Below, in pieces: positions 46,499 through 56,358 of a stretch of DNA of 64,000 bases. The position numbers and the translations under genes were made by a program. Source of the DNA: a virus (lineage: Duplodnaviria > Heunggongvirae > Uroviricota > Caudoviricetes); IMG/VR virus record IMGVR_UViG_3300043449_002776; one strand, 5' to 3'. Numbering within the stretch: the first letter of the stretch is position 1; each line of letters starts with the position of its first letter. The notes under the pieces are model-generated. The model saw only the letters and a program-made list of their open reading frames with translations. It was not told the origin of the DNA and made no database searches.

Positions 46499-47635
46499 TT
46501 ATTCTGATGAAAGCTCTTTCAAAATTCTTTTATCATAAGCCTCAAATTTCTTGATTCTTTCCTTTTCAAGAGTTTCTTTATCTAACATTGAGATCGCTTC
46601 ATCTACCGATAATCCTTTATCTTGATATTCTTTGAGTCTAAATACTTGATCAAGATTTAATCCCTCACTTGCATTTGCCCAGTTTTCTGGGAGCAGTTTC
46701 AGTCTAGTTTCTAAATTTGGATTTTCAAAACACCGTACAAATTTGAATCGGCTTGGTCTATTTTTTAATGCCGAATCGACTTTATCAATATCGTTGACTG
46801 TCATAATGAAAACCACACCATCATAGGTGTTGTAAACACCGTCGAGACCATTTAAAATGATATCATAGGTGAATTTGATATAATTAGCTTTGTCTCCGCC
46901 GCCTCCTATAATACATGTCCTTTTGTTAAAGTAATTGTCAAAGTCTTCCATCAAGACAATGCATTTGTTTGGTATCTGGGAGAACAAAAGCAGCAAATCA
47001 TGATTGTTCCATTCTGGATTAAGGGTAAAAATCATTACCGGTAAGTTGTGTTTAGTTGCTATATGCTTGACTAAACTTGTTTTTCCATTACCGGGAGGTC
47101 CATATAACAAAGCTGATGTTTTTCTTCGTTTTCCTTCGGCTACCTCTTGAACTTCATCACAAAAATCTTTCCATAGTTTTGAGTCAACAATAGGTTCTGA
47201 TATACTTTCTTTAAGAGAGCCAATCTTATCTGTATAAAAGGGAAGCATAAGTTCAACAGGAACACCTAATGTGCTAAGTTGTAATTCCTTTAATCTTATT
47301 TGAAGATATGTTTTAAGTTTTTTGTACTTCCAACGGAAACAAGAAATAGTTGTAACGTAATCTTTGCTTTGCCACCCCGCCTGCATCATTCTTTCGCTGT
47401 GGTTAAGAAAAAACCAAGGTGCTTCTTTTGAGAAGCATATAGCTGAATAGGACACGGGGTGTCTATTTTCTGTGATGAACTCTTCACTAAGAACAATTTT
47501 GCGTTCTTTTTTGTTTGTCTCATATAGAGTCTTGAAAGTATTGGCATCAATTCTCATTTCAAAGAGAATTACATATTTAAAAATTGCCCACACCCCAACA
47601 AGTGAAGCAAGTAAGGTTAAGATGCCTGACCACAT
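46499..47635 (-). CDS. AAA+ ATPase (membrane-anchored)
   Basis: Walker A LLYGPPGNGKTSLVKH, Walker B-like IVLMEDFD; N-terminal TM. Confidence 0.7.
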   Translation of the reverse strand: MWSGILTLLASLVGVWAIFKYVILFEMRIDANTFKTLYETNKKERKIVLSEEFITENRHPVSYSAICFSKEAPWFFLNHSERMMQAGWQSKDYVTTISCFRWKYKKLKTYLQIRLKELQLSTLGVPVELMLPFYTDKIGSLKESISEPIVDSKLWKDFCDEVQEVAEGKRRKTSALLYGPPGNGKTSLVKHIATKHNLPVMIFTLNPEWNNHDLLLLFSQIPNKCIVLMEDFDNYFNKRTCIIGGGGDKANYIKFTYDIILNGLDGVYNTYDGVVFIMTVNDIDKVDSALKNRPSRFKFVRCFENPNLETRLKLLPENWANASEGLNLDQVFRLKEYQDKGLSVDEAISMLDKETLEKERIKKFEAYDKRILKELSSE

Positions 47636-47713
47636 AGAATTCTCCTATTTCTGAAATAATAACTTATTTCTTGTAGGAGGTCAATGTAAATCAGATTTTG
47701 CGTATTGTGCCAA

Positions 47714-48583
47714 TTAGAAAAGACGCCAGTCTGCAAATGGGAATTTCTTGTTTTGATAGTAGGGATTCATTTGTTGTTTGTCGAGATCTGCTACTTGCAT
47801 AGCTGCATTTCTTGTAGCTATGTCATTCGCTGTTTGTTGCTGTCGTTGTCTTTGTTCAAACCCCTGATTCTCCACGTCTGTGTTCAATTTTCCAGCTTCT
47901 AATTCGGCCAAAGTAACAGTATAACTTTTATTTCCATAAACGCTGATATTAAATTCTGCATCGTCACTCAAATCTGGATCGATATCATATAAACCAGAAG
48001 CTATTTGTCTCATGTCATCTGAAGTAAGTGCTCGACTTTCGATATCATTTCCAGCAACTCGTTTCCATCCCCACTTCATAATTGCGTACAGTCTAGCATC
48101 TCCGTAGCCATTAGCTATTTGCATTTTTTCATTTGCTTCGGGGTCATCCATTTGCAAGGCAATAAATCCATCAGGATCATCATCAGCCTTTTCCGCCAGA
48201 GCTTCATATTCCTCTGGAGAAGCATCTTGTAAGATTTCGTCTACAATTTGCTTTTTGATTTTATCCCAGTCTAAGTATTCAGAATGGCTTTCCACCCCAA
48301 AGTGTGAGGCGATATCGGACTGCATATACATCATGACATAACCTTCATGATTGTAGTCACTATTATCATCAGCTTGCATAACATGGCCGTCTGCGATCCA
48401 GTACTCGCCACGTATTTGATTTTTCTCAAAATATTCTAACCATGTTTTAAACTTCATATTACTTCCAACTAATGGGTTTGCTGCTTTTCTTTCTTCTGGT
48501 GCCTTTTTTATTGCAAGCTGATAATGTGGGCCTACAAGCTGGGTATTCTCTTTCCGCACCTTTGCCAGTTTTCTTTCTTCCAC
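47714..48583 (-). CDS. hypothetical protein
   Basis: 289-aa acidic ORF. Confidence 0.5.
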   Translation of the reverse strand: MEERKLAKVRKENTQLVGPHYQLAIKKAPEERKAANPLVGSNMKFKTWLEYFEKNQIRGEYWIADGHVMQADDNSDYNHEGYVMMYMQSDIASHFGVESHSEYLDWDKIKKQIVDEILQDASPEEYEALAEKADDDPDGFIALQMDDPEANEKMQIANGYGDARLYAIMKWGWKRVAGNDIESRALTSDDMRQIASGLYDIDPDLSDDAEFNISVYGNKSYTVTLAELEAGKLNTDVENQGFEQRQRQQQTANDIATRNAAMQVADLDKQQMNPYYQNKKFPFADWRLF

Positions 48584-48956
48584 AAGGCACTAAATTCCCT
48601 TTACTGCTTTTTTTGCAATCAATCCAACCTTTGCCTTTGTTGCGGGAAAACCAGCCATGTAAGCCTTTGTCTTTTTCTAGATCAAATGTTCCCTCAGATA
48701 TTCCAGCAGAGCATACATCACAGACAGGAACTTCTTCATCCCACATTTCTATGGATGTAGCTGGTGAATCACAAAACTGACAACTCAAGGCACTTTCATT
48801 TTTAGATTTGCCCCAATTTTTAGCCCCTTTTTTGCGACACTTAACCAGTGCCCCTGAAGCATATGCAGACGGCCAGACATCATATCTTGCCTTTACTTTG
48901 TAATAGCAAGCATCTTTTTTCTCATTGAGTTCGAACCATTCTTTAAAGCTTTTCAT
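48459..48956 (-). CDS. hypothetical Cys-rich protein
   Basis: 165-aa ORF; multiple CxxC. Confidence 0.45.
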   Translation of the reverse strand: MKSFKEWFELNEKKDACYYKVKARYDVWPSAYASGALVKCRKKGAKNWGKSKNESALSCQFCDSPATSIEMWDEEVPVCDVCSAGISEGTFDLEKDKGLHGWFSRNKGKGWIDCKKSSKGNLVPCGRKKTGKGAEREYPACRPTLSACNKKGTRRKKSSKPISWK

Positions 48957-48965
48957 AAGTTGCCT

Positions 48966-49385
48966 CTAGCATCTGCACTTCCACACTCTTAGTGCGGCAT
49001 TGATTTTACTTTTTGGATCTTTTGCTGTTTTTGATGATGTGTTTTTCTTTTTGTGTCCACACATTCTGGCACAGAATGATTTGCGGCGTTTCTTGGTCTT
49101 GTCAGACATTTTGTCTACACCGCCTTTCCGCTCTGCCTCTCTCTTGGTTTCGATTCCAGCATGAATGCCAAGTTTCTTTGCATAAGATGGTTTTAAACCC
49201 CCCTCAGGATGGTTTTTGTCTTTGTCAAAGTCTTTGTACGGCTTCTTTTCTTTTTGTTCACGGAGTTGCATCCATTCTGAAAAAGTAGGGAAGGTATCGT
49301 GTTCTGAAACGTGCTCATGCACCAAGTTGTTTTCATCTCTCATGATTTTCTCCCGTGGAACAATTGCACTATTGCTTCGCCCCAT
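48966..49385 (-). CDS. hypothetical basic protein
   Basis: 139-aa ORF, Lys/Arg-rich. Confidence 0.45.
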   Translation of the reverse strand: MGRSNSAIVPREKIMRDENNLVHEHVSEHDTFPTFSEWMQLREQKEKKPYKDFDKDKNHPEGGLKPSYAKKLGIHAGIETKREAERKGGVDKMSDKTKKRRKSFCARMCGHKKKNTSSKTAKDPKSKINAALRVWKCRC

Positions 49386-49708
49386 ACCTCAAGTTCACCA
49401 CTGATTGCTTGAAATTGTCTTTGTGTCATATTTAGGTTTTTAAGTTGAGAAAGTATGCTTTGATATTTGGATTCGAAAAACTTTCGATCTTTTCCTTCTC
49501 GAACTGCTTGCTCAACAGCTTCATACTGTTTCACTTTCGCTGCAAAGTGATAATGCGTGAGTAGGCTTGGGCCACCTTTTTCCTTAGCTTGTGCAGAAAG
49601 TTTTTTCGCACCAGTCATTCTTTTGTCAAAAAATGTCAATGAGTCAGGTGTGCTATTTTTGCTTGCTTCTGTCAAATAGTCGAGAAATTTTTTCATTTTG
49701 AAACCCAA
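49340..49708 (-). CDS. hypothetical protein
   Basis: 122-aa ORF. Confidence 0.45.
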   Translation of the reverse strand: MGFKMKKFLDYLTEASKNSTPDSLTFFDKRMTGAKKLSAQAKEKGGPSLLTHYHFAAKVKQYEAVEQAVREGKDRKFFESKYQSILSQLKNLNMTQRQFQAISGELEVWGEAIVQLFHGRKS

Positions 49709-49956
49709 AAGATTTTTGAATTATTTAGGGTTTGATCAGAAAATTTTACTTTTTGAGTTGCTTTTTGTTTTGGCTTGCTATATAATAATTCCCGAGGAAC
49801 AAATGATGCTCTATACACCGTTCAAATCTAAACGAGGCAAACTCTAGCCTCCCTCAAATTGATGAGGGAGGCCATGACTGGTTTTTGCCCTCATAGAATT
49901 TTGTTATTCTTTGTTGGGCTCCTTTTAGGAGCTTTTTAAAACTCCTAAAAGAAAAA

Positions 49957-50226
49957 GGGTCATTAGCTCAATGGTTAGAGCAACGGACTTCAATAGGAGT
50001 GCTTAGAGGGAAACCTCTAATGTAGAACCTCTCAAATTCGGTGAACGCTTAACTGCCAATACCGAGCCAAGCCTGTTGATCAGGAAGGTGTAGAGACTTG
50101 ACGGGAGGCACCTAAAACCACAAGGTTATGGTGAAGGTAAAGTCCAGACCACAAACTGCAAGGGTAACGAAAGTTATAGTGGTAAAGTTAATCCGTAGGT
50201 TGTAGGTTCGAGTCCTACATGGCCCA
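49957..50226 (+). tRNA. tRNA (probably Lys, TTT) interrupted by about 197-nt group-I-like intron (49991-50187) in the anticodon loop
   Basis: 5' exon GGGTCAT TA GCTC AATGGTTA GAGC A ACGGA CTT; 3' exon TTAA TCCGT AGGTT GTAGG TTCGAGT CCTAC ATGGCCC; exon ends in T and intron ends in G as for group I; intron has R/S-like elements GTAGAGACTTGA and AAGTTATAGTGG. Confidence 0.5.
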
Positions 50227-50943
50227 TTTTTTTTTGCTCCAGTAACCAACTGGTGGTTTGCTGATTCCATACTTTTCACACCAGCCTTGAATTGCTTTGT
50301 CAGTCACTCCATATATTTTGGCGATATGGATGGTTGGTATTTCCCAAATCATCTTTTGAAGTGTGGCCTTGTCAGGCCAAACAACTTTTCTACGAGTAGG
50401 TCTATCAGAATTTCTTTCTTTTTTCTTTTTGATTTCTTTTTCTTTAGCTGTTCTAGTTTTTGTCATAAACGCTTCAAATTTTGCCGTAACAAATTCAGAG
50501 GTTAATGTGATTTCTGGACATTCCAAAATTTTGCTATGAATCTTTCTGTGGCAGTTACTACAAACACATACACATTTTGTAAGTTCGTTTATAAGTCCTT
50601 TTATCGATTTCATGCCAACAAATTGTGATATATTTTTGTCTTTTTGGCCATCTTTGTGGTGAAAATCTAAACAAGCCGGTTCTTTTTCATCACATATACT
50701 GCAACCCAATTCTGCTTTCAAATCTCTAACCGCAATTTGTAAAAGATGTTTTTTCTTTTTGTTGTAGCTGTGGATACGTGTTGATGTATTTTCTTTATTT
50801 TTGTTTTTTTGATACCAATCTTTTGCATTTTGATTTGCACAACTTTTGCACCAGCTATGATATCCAGTTTTACTTTTTGGGTTTTTATTAAACTCTGATT
50901 CATTTTTTGAATAACCGCAATTAGCACATTTTACTTTACACAT
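50215..50943 (-). CDS. HNH homing endonuclease
   Basis: HNH motif DFHHKDGQKDKN...CVCSNCHRKIH; zinc-finger N-terminus; C-terminal HTH-like. Confidence 0.75.
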   Translation of the reverse strand: MCKVKCANCGYSKNESEFNKNPKSKTGYHSWCKSCANQNAKDWYQKNKNKENTSTRIHSYNKKKKHLLQIAVRDLKAELGCSICDEKEPACLDFHHKDGQKDKNISQFVGMKSIKGLINELTKCVCVCSNCHRKIHSKILECPEITLTSEFVTAKFEAFMTKTRTAKEKEIKKKKERNSDRPTRRKVVWPDKATLQKMIWEIPTIHIAKIYGVTDKAIQGWCEKYGISKPPVGYWSKKKWAM

Positions 50944-50993
50944 ATATACCTCTAGTCGTATATATGTGTACTAATTAAAAATTTTTTAAAAAC

Positions 50994-51034
50994 TTTTAAC
51001 TCCGAGGTTGTAGGTTCAAGTCCTACTGGGGGCA
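50994..51034 (+). pseudogene. duplicated tRNA 3'-exon fragment (anticodon-stem 3' strand + V + T-arm + acceptor 3')
   Basis: TTTTAACTCCGAGGTTGTAGGTTCAAGTCCTACTGGGGGCA is about 80% identical to 3' exon of tRNA at 50188-50226; no 5' half upstream. Confidence 0.5.
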
Positions 51035-51044
51035 CTTAAGTTTT

Positions 51045-51776
51045 CTAAATATGGCCGACCTCATGATGGTATTTTTCATCCACAATGATTGAGTTTGGCA
51101 AATTAGATAAATTCTCGGCCTGAGAGCTTATTGGTTCAATCCATCTTTTGAAAGTGTAAACTTTCGAAGACCCGCCTAAGAACATACACCACCAAGCAAA
51201 CGTGCTATTTGACAATATGACTTTGTCAAATGACATAAGATTATAAAAGTCATTTGTTGCATTTGCCGAAATATTCTTAATCTTGTATTTTCTTTGTAAA
51301 TTACGAATGTATATGTTTTTAGGATCATCAGTAATTAAATAGATTTCCTCAAAGTTTTCATTTTCAAGTATGTTTTTGTAATAATCGGGATGTATGATCC
51401 AATTGTAGCTTTTATAATCACCCAACCTAACAGACAGACAGATGTCTTTTTTATTGGTTGCGATATTTGATCGATTATATATGAAAAAGTTTTTTATGAC
51501 ATCTTGCTTGTGTTTGTAAAAACCAAATTTTTGAAAGTAACCGTCTAGCAAGTAGGTTGATTCTTTCAAGTCACTTGGGAATTTAAAAAAATCATCTCTC
51601 AATATAATTGGTTGTGTATCAAAAGACTGGGTCGTCGAACACTCGGTAGTGCTCAGTATTTGATTTTTGGGAAGATCACTAGCTAATTTATAATTGAATT
51701 TTTCAGCTAACATTCTAGCAAAAGCATACTGGAATAAGTGATTTCCGAAGTTCCCTAAATATTTTATTTTGATCAT
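51045..51776 (-). CDS. alpha-1,2-fucosyltransferase-like glycosyltransferase (GT11)
   Basis: N-terminal GNFGNHLFQYAFA matches GT11 GxxGNxxFQYA motif. Confidence 0.6.
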   Translation of the reverse strand: MIKIKYLGNFGNHLFQYAFARMLAEKFNYKLASDLPKNQILSTTECSTTQSFDTQPIILRDDFFKFPSDLKESTYLLDGYFQKFGFYKHKQDVIKNFFIYNRSNIATNKKDICLSVRLGDYKSYNWIIHPDYYKNILENENFEEIYLITDDPKNIYIRNLQRKYKIKNISANATNDFYNLMSFDKVILSNSTFAWWCMFLGGSSKVYTFKRWIEPISSQAENLSNLPNSIIVDEKYHHEVGHI

Positions 51777-51810
51777 ATCTGATTCATCCTGTTAATCACT
51801 CTTATAACAT

Positions 51811-52356
51811 ATGATCAAGAATGAAATTCAAACAATTGCTGGTTCGTATATTATCGAAATAGATCGTTATGACGATGATCGAGGGTTTTTCCAAGAGATA
51901 TTTTCAACAACTCGATACAGCCCTGAGTTTCCTGAAATAGCTCAAATTAACGTAAGTTGCTCAAACAAAAATGTGATTCGTGGTTTGCACGTTGCACCTT
52001 TCGCAAAACTTTGCACATGTATAAGAGGTAGCTTGTTTGATGTAGTGGCCGATGTAAGGAAAGGCAGTCCAACTTTCGGAAATTGGTTTGGTTTATGGTT
52101 AACAGAAAGCAATCGAAAACAGCTTTTTGTTCCCAATGGCTGTGCTCATGGTTTTTACTCAGCCGAAGACAACACAATTCTTTGCTATCAACAAGATGGT
52201 CTATACAGTCCTAAATTTGAGTGTGAGATTCATTTCCAAGATCCCACATTGGGCATATCTTGGCCTGCTGCCGATAATTACATTGTTTCGGCCAAAGATC
52301 AGGCGGCAAGAGATTTAAATGCCGCTCTGCAATTTCTAGACAAGAACCACATCTAG
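51811..52356 (+). CDS. rmlC: dTDP-4-dehydrorhamnose 3,5-epimerase
   Basis: RGLHVAPF...GSLFDVVADVRKGSPTFGNWFG...NGCAHGFY closely matches RmlC cupin signature. Confidence 0.85.
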   Translation: MIKNEIQTIAGSYIIEIDRYDDDRGFFQEIFSTTRYSPEFPEIAQINVSCSNKNVIRGLHVAPFAKLCTCIRGSLFDVVADVRKGSPTFGNWFGLWLTESNRKQLFVPNGCAHGFYSAEDNTILCYQQDGLYSPKFECEIHFQDPTLGISWPAADNYIVSAKDQAARDLNAALQFLDKNHI

Positions 52357-52447
52357 ATTTGCCTTCCTACAAACATCTGTAGGTCAAATGTTCTAATTCA
52401 ATAAATCAAAAAAGTCTTTCGTCTCGCTAAATAAAACGAGGTGAAAA

Positions 52448-52798
52448 ATGAAAAACTGGAACGAATTTTTGGCATCTAAACAAACCTTGTCTGAAGTGGC
52501 CCCGCCGCCACCTCCGCCGCCGCCGCCGCCACCTCCGCCGCCGCCACCTCCGCCGCAACGGTCTCCTTTGCCAAAACCTGATGAGCGATTTTTACCGATT
52601 CCTCAGAGTGGAGCACTGGATTTAATAAAGGTTTTGCAAGAGATTTATAATAAAATTGGAGAGACGGAATCCATTTTGAAAACATTTGGAACCATGTATT
52701 CGCCAGAAGAATATAAAGACATGGCCAAGGGGCCTTGTATTGAGGCAAAAACAAAATTAGCGGAAGTTCTCAAGAAGCTAAGAGAAACTTACAGATAG
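52448..52798 (+). CDS. proline-rich hypothetical protein (19-residue poly-Pro tract)
   Basis: ORF encoding PPPPPPPPPPPPPPPPPPP from CCGCCGCCACCTCCG tandem repeats. Confidence 0.4.
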   Translation: MKNWNEFLASKQTLSEVAPPPPPPPPPPPPPPPPPPQRSPLPKPDERFLPIPQSGALDLIKVLQEIYNKIGETESILKTFGTMYSPEEYKDMAKGPCIEAKTKLAEVLKKLRETYR

Positions 52799-52801
52799 TT
52801 C

Positions 52802-53518
52802 ATGGAATATTTCTTACACATACCTAAGACAGCCGGTACATCTTTAACCAGATTTCTAGATCAATATTACCAACATCAAGATATTTTCCCTCACCAAAGT
52901 TGGGATAAGGTCTTAGAAAATTGGCCAGTGGATGTGTCTAATTTCAAATTAGCTCGTGGGCATTTCGGATATTGTGCCCATCATCTCTTTGGTTTTGACA
53001 ACCTAAACTATATCACCATATTACGAAACCCGGTAGAAAGAACTATTTCTCAGTTTCATCACATGACTGTAGACCGTGATAAGAATAACTGGGTATATAA
53101 GTTTCCTTATACTTCTATTCAACCAATGTTGTATCAGTCGCCTTGGGTGGTTTCTAATATTCAAGTAAAATATCTTTCATTTGATGAAAATGTTTTAACT
53201 ATAGAGAATTTAAATAATCCCGATAGGTTTATTTTCTTAGAAAACTATGAACCCACCAATATGGAGGAGCTTTTTCAAAAAGCTTGTGCGAACCTTGATA
53301 AATTTTTCTTTGTAGGTTTGTTTGAAAAGATCGCAGAGTCAGTTGACAGACTTTGTGAAAAGATGAATTGGGAGAGAAGAGAATTAAAACGTGAAAATGT
53401 TTTAAAAAACCGTCCTGCTATTAAGAATTTCAGAAAACGTGCAATAAGAAGAATCGAAGAACTCAATGAATGGGATTTAAAACTTTATGATTATGTCAAA
53501 GAAAAATTCTTTAAGTGA
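52802..53518 (+). CDS. carbohydrate sulfotransferase-like protein
   Basis: IPKTAGTSL (5'-PSB-like) and LRNPVERTISQF (3'-PB-like); paralog of 32589-33203. Confidence 0.55.
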   Translation: MEYFLHIPKTAGTSLTRFLDQYYQHQDIFPHQSWDKVLENWPVDVSNFKLARGHFGYCAHHLFGFDNLNYITILRNPVERTISQFHHMTVDRDKNNWVYKFPYTSIQPMLYQSPWVVSNIQVKYLSFDENVLTIENLNNPDRFIFLENYEPTNMEELFQKACANLDKFFFVGLFEKIAESVDRLCEKMNWERRELKRENVLKNRPAIKNFRKRAIRRIEELNEWDLKLYDYVKEKFFK

Positions 53519-53605
53519 TTGTCTTGCAGTTTTTATTGTGTTAGAATGCCACTCCTTACTTTTCGTCTCAAAGTTTTAAAAAGGCCAACATAAGCGAATC
53601 CCAAT

Positions 53606-54043
53606 ATGTCAAAATATGACTGTCCAATTTGCGGCCAGTACATGGATTTCATTGTTACCAGTCATCGAAACAAGCCTTTTGTCGATGGCAAGTGTTACCC
53701 CAAAATGTGCTTTGCTTGTTTTCATGTTCCACTTGATTATATCACAACGTATGATGAGCAAGGCAATATAGCAGAGACAAGTGGTCCATTTTTCAGTCAT
53801 CGTCATCTTAATTCTGCCGAGGATTTGCTGAAAAACGGTTCTGTTAACTCTTTAAGAGAAGCTCAAAATTCTGTTGACGCCGTCAAGCGTTCTTGTAGAG
53901 AAGTTGGAGCAAGAAATTTGGACAAGCTCAAGATAACTCGGCCTTCTCCTGACTATGAATTGAATTTTGAGCACGAAAAAAAGCAAATAGAGATGTACAA
54001 AAGACGTGTGCAAAATAGGTCTTCTAGAAAATCCAAAAATTGA
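53606..54043 (+). CDS. hypothetical zinc-ribbon protein
   Basis: CPICGQ...C motifs. Confidence 0.4.
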   Translation: MSKYDCPICGQYMDFIVTSHRNKPFVDGKCYPKMCFACFHVPLDYITTYDEQGNIAETSGPFFSHRHLNSAEDLLKNGSVNSLREAQNSVDAVKRSCREVGARNLDKLKITRPSPDYELNFEHEKKQIEMYKRRVQNRSSRKSKN

Positions 54044-54126
54044 CAAAAATGATTTGACCCCCATTCTGGGTTTCGTAGAATTATGTGATTGTGTTCCCCT
54101 TCACTTTTTCAGGAGATGCTACTCAG

Positions 54127-55455
54127 ATGGATTGGTTGAACGAAAATTGGAAAAAGTTGGTGCTTGTGCTGTTTATGGTTGTCGGATACACCGCTGTATC
54201 CAACATTTATTTCAATAGGCAGCAAGCCGATGATACAAAGGCTGCTTTGGAGTCTTTCAAAGACCCGAGCAAAAGAGTTGAGAATCGGGAGAAATTGTAC
54301 ACCGATTCAACAATTTACAATGTCGGATGGATTCTTGTAGGAATTGCATCCTACCTCGTTTTGAAAGGCAGTTTTACTGTGAATAAGAAATCGATAAATG
54401 CTGCGTCCATTGCTTTGGTCGCTTTGATTACGTTGAGTTCGTCGGGTTGTAGAAAGCCATTTAAGCCAGTAAAGCTCGAAGTGGTTGAGTCACATGAAGT
54501 GGCGTTTTTGATCCCTTATCTTCAAGATGGGACAACTCAGAAATCAACTAGCAATGAGGCTTTTTTCAAGGAAAAGTTGGTTTTTACCCAGCAGGTGGAA
54601 ATTCCACAGCAGTGGGTGCAAAAAGGATATGAGACCTTAGGTTACAATGGTGAGTGGCGTGATGCAGCTATTTTAATCAAGGTAGACACTCAGCCCGTTA
54701 CTAGAGAGTGGACGGCTGATGCGAACTCTGGAACTAGTGACAAGAACGAAGCCATTTGGGTCATGACCTCCGATCAAGTTGAATTTTCAACAGGCTGGAA
54801 TATTACGGCACGAATTCAAGATCGAGATGAAGCTGTTAAGTTTCTTGCAAATTATCCCAACGGTAGTCTTCAAAAAGTCCTCGATCAGGAAGTACACGCT
54901 AAACTTCAAACGACTTTTGCACTTGCTGTGACTGATTTGCCAATGGAGACTCTTCGAAAAGCGGCAACTCCAGTTATAGAAAAGGTTTGTAAAGATGTGA
55001 TTGATTTCTTCGCTCCCCGTGGTATTGCAATTACCAATCTTGGTATTACCGGTGGTTTTGTTTATAAGGACAAAACGATTATGGAGACTTTGGTTAAAGT
55101 CTTCAATGCTGAACAAGACAAGGCAATCGCTGCCGCAGCCACAGCGGCTCAAGAGGAGAAAAACAAGAAAGTTCTTCTTGAGGCAAGCGGTAAGGCTGAT
55201 GCTTTGCTAAAGGAGAAAGAGTCTGAGGCAGAAGCCATTAAATTGGTGGCAGACGCCAAGTTTTATGAGCTTGATAAGACTCAACAAAATTTGGAAGATT
55301 ACGTTGCCTTGAAAAACTTGGAATTGATCAAGGAAATGATCACCAAGTGGGATGGCACTTTCCCTCAGTATTACATGGGTGGCTCTCAAAGCAATCCAAA
55401 TACGCTTTTGCAGTTGCCAAGCTTCAAGCCTGCCGAAAAAGAGCAACCTAAGTAG
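54127..55455 (+). CDS. membrane protein, possibly SPFH/band-7-like
   Basis: Two N-terminal TM segments, long C-terminal Ala/Glu/Lys coiled coil; AGGAG RBS before ATG 54127. Confidence 0.4.
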   Translation: MDWLNENWKKLVLVLFMVVGYTAVSNIYFNRQQADDTKAALESFKDPSKRVENREKLYTDSTIYNVGWILVGIASYLVLKGSFTVNKKSINAASIALVALITLSSSGCRKPFKPVKLEVVESHEVAFLIPYLQDGTTQKSTSNEAFFKEKLVFTQQVEIPQQWVQKGYETLGYNGEWRDAAILIKVDTQPVTREWTADANSGTSDKNEAIWVMTSDQVEFSTGWNITARIQDRDEAVKFLANYPNGSLQKVLDQEVHAKLQTTFALAVTDLPMETLRKAATPVIEKVCKDVIDFFAPRGIAITNLGITGGFVYKDKTIMETLVKVFNAEQDKAIAAAATAAQEEKNKKVLLEASGKADALLKEKESEAEAIKLVADAKFYELDKTQQNLEDYVALKNLELIKEMITKWDGTFPQYYMGGSQSNPNTLLQLPSFKPAEKEQPK

Positions 55456-55483
55456 TGCTTGTTTTAAGTAATGAAAATTATGA

Positions 55484-55518
55484 ACAGACCGGTCTAAAAA
55501 ACCGGTCTGTTTTTTTTA
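55484..55518 (+). terminator. rho-independent terminator
   Basis: ACAGACCGG TCTAAAAAA CCGGTCTGT TTTTTTT. Confidence 0.75.
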
Positions 55519-55582
55519 TGCATATTTGTGAATCGGCAACCCATTTATAGTGTGTAGTAACACTTGAAATAGGAGCAAAAAT

Positions 55583-56296
55583 ATGACTGAGGATGGATTT
55601 GTTCAAATGGCTTCTGGAACTGGCCCTGATACCCGTGAAAATCGAAGTTTACTTCTGGAAAAATTTGACCAAGTACATGAAAATGTAGAATGTGCTCATT
55701 GCGTCAACGACGCTCTTCATATGGCTCATTATTGTTTGGCAAATCAGAAGTTTCCCGGTCCCTTAACAGAATTTGGTTGTTACAAAGGGGGCATGAGTTG
55801 CAAATTATCTCATGTCGCAAAACTGTTGAATAAAAAATATCTTATTTTTGACACGTTTGAGGGCTTGCCATCTGAAGCTATTTACAAATTTCACGATGAT
55901 CGGGACACAGTTGAGTTTCGCAAAGGACAATACTGTGGTGAATATGAAGAAGTGAGTGAGAACTTGAAGAAATATGGAGCTTTCGAATATTGTGCCTTGA
56001 TCAAAGGAAAGATAGAAGACACTTTACCAAAATATCAATTGAGGCCCTCTCACGTTTTTGTCGATGTGGACATTATTGAAACTGCTCTTTTTGTGATCAA
56101 GAATATGTGGCCTTTAATTACCGGGCCTTGGCTTTTTACTCATGAAGCTTGCATTTCAGAGTACATGCAAGCACTCATGAATCCAGACTGGTGGCAAGAA
56201 AATTTTGGCACTAAGCCCCCTTTATTTGGGCATCAGTTATACGGATTCAGATTTGGCTTGCATGGGGCAAGATGCTTGAATTGTCTTATAAAATGA
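55583..56296 (+). CDS. putative class I O-methyltransferase (TylF/MycF-like)
   Basis: EFGCYKGG...FDTFEGLP resembles macrocin-O-methyltransferase family; weak. Confidence 0.4.
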   Translation: MTEDGFVQMASGTGPDTRENRSLLLEKFDQVHENVECAHCVNDALHMAHYCLANQKFPGPLTEFGCYKGGMSCKLSHVAKLLNKKYLIFDTFEGLPSEAIYKFHDDRDTVEFRKGQYCGEYEEVSENLKKYGAFEYCALIKGKIEDTLPKYQLRPSHVFVDVDIIETALFVIKNMWPLITGPWLFTHEACISEYMQALMNPDWWQENFGTKPPLFGHQLYGFRFGLHGARCLNCLIK

Positions 56297-56323
56297 CAAC
56301 ATTAATATTTTTTATCAAACCTA

Positions 56324-56352
56324 TTGACTAAAATTGTATTTTGCTTCATAAT
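56324..56352 (+). promoter_or_regulatory. sigma-70-like promoter (TTGACT-17-CATAAT) with no annotated ORF downstream
   Basis: Exact 17-nt spacer; followed about 200 nt later by terminator 56513-56559. Confidence 0.5.
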
Positions 56353-56358
56353 TACTAA

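Noticed and set aside
52476-52754. 92-aa minus-strand ORF antisense to the poly-proline gene
   Set aside because: It is produced by the GC-rich CCG repeat; the sense ORF 52448-52798 with poly-Pro is the more plausible gene.
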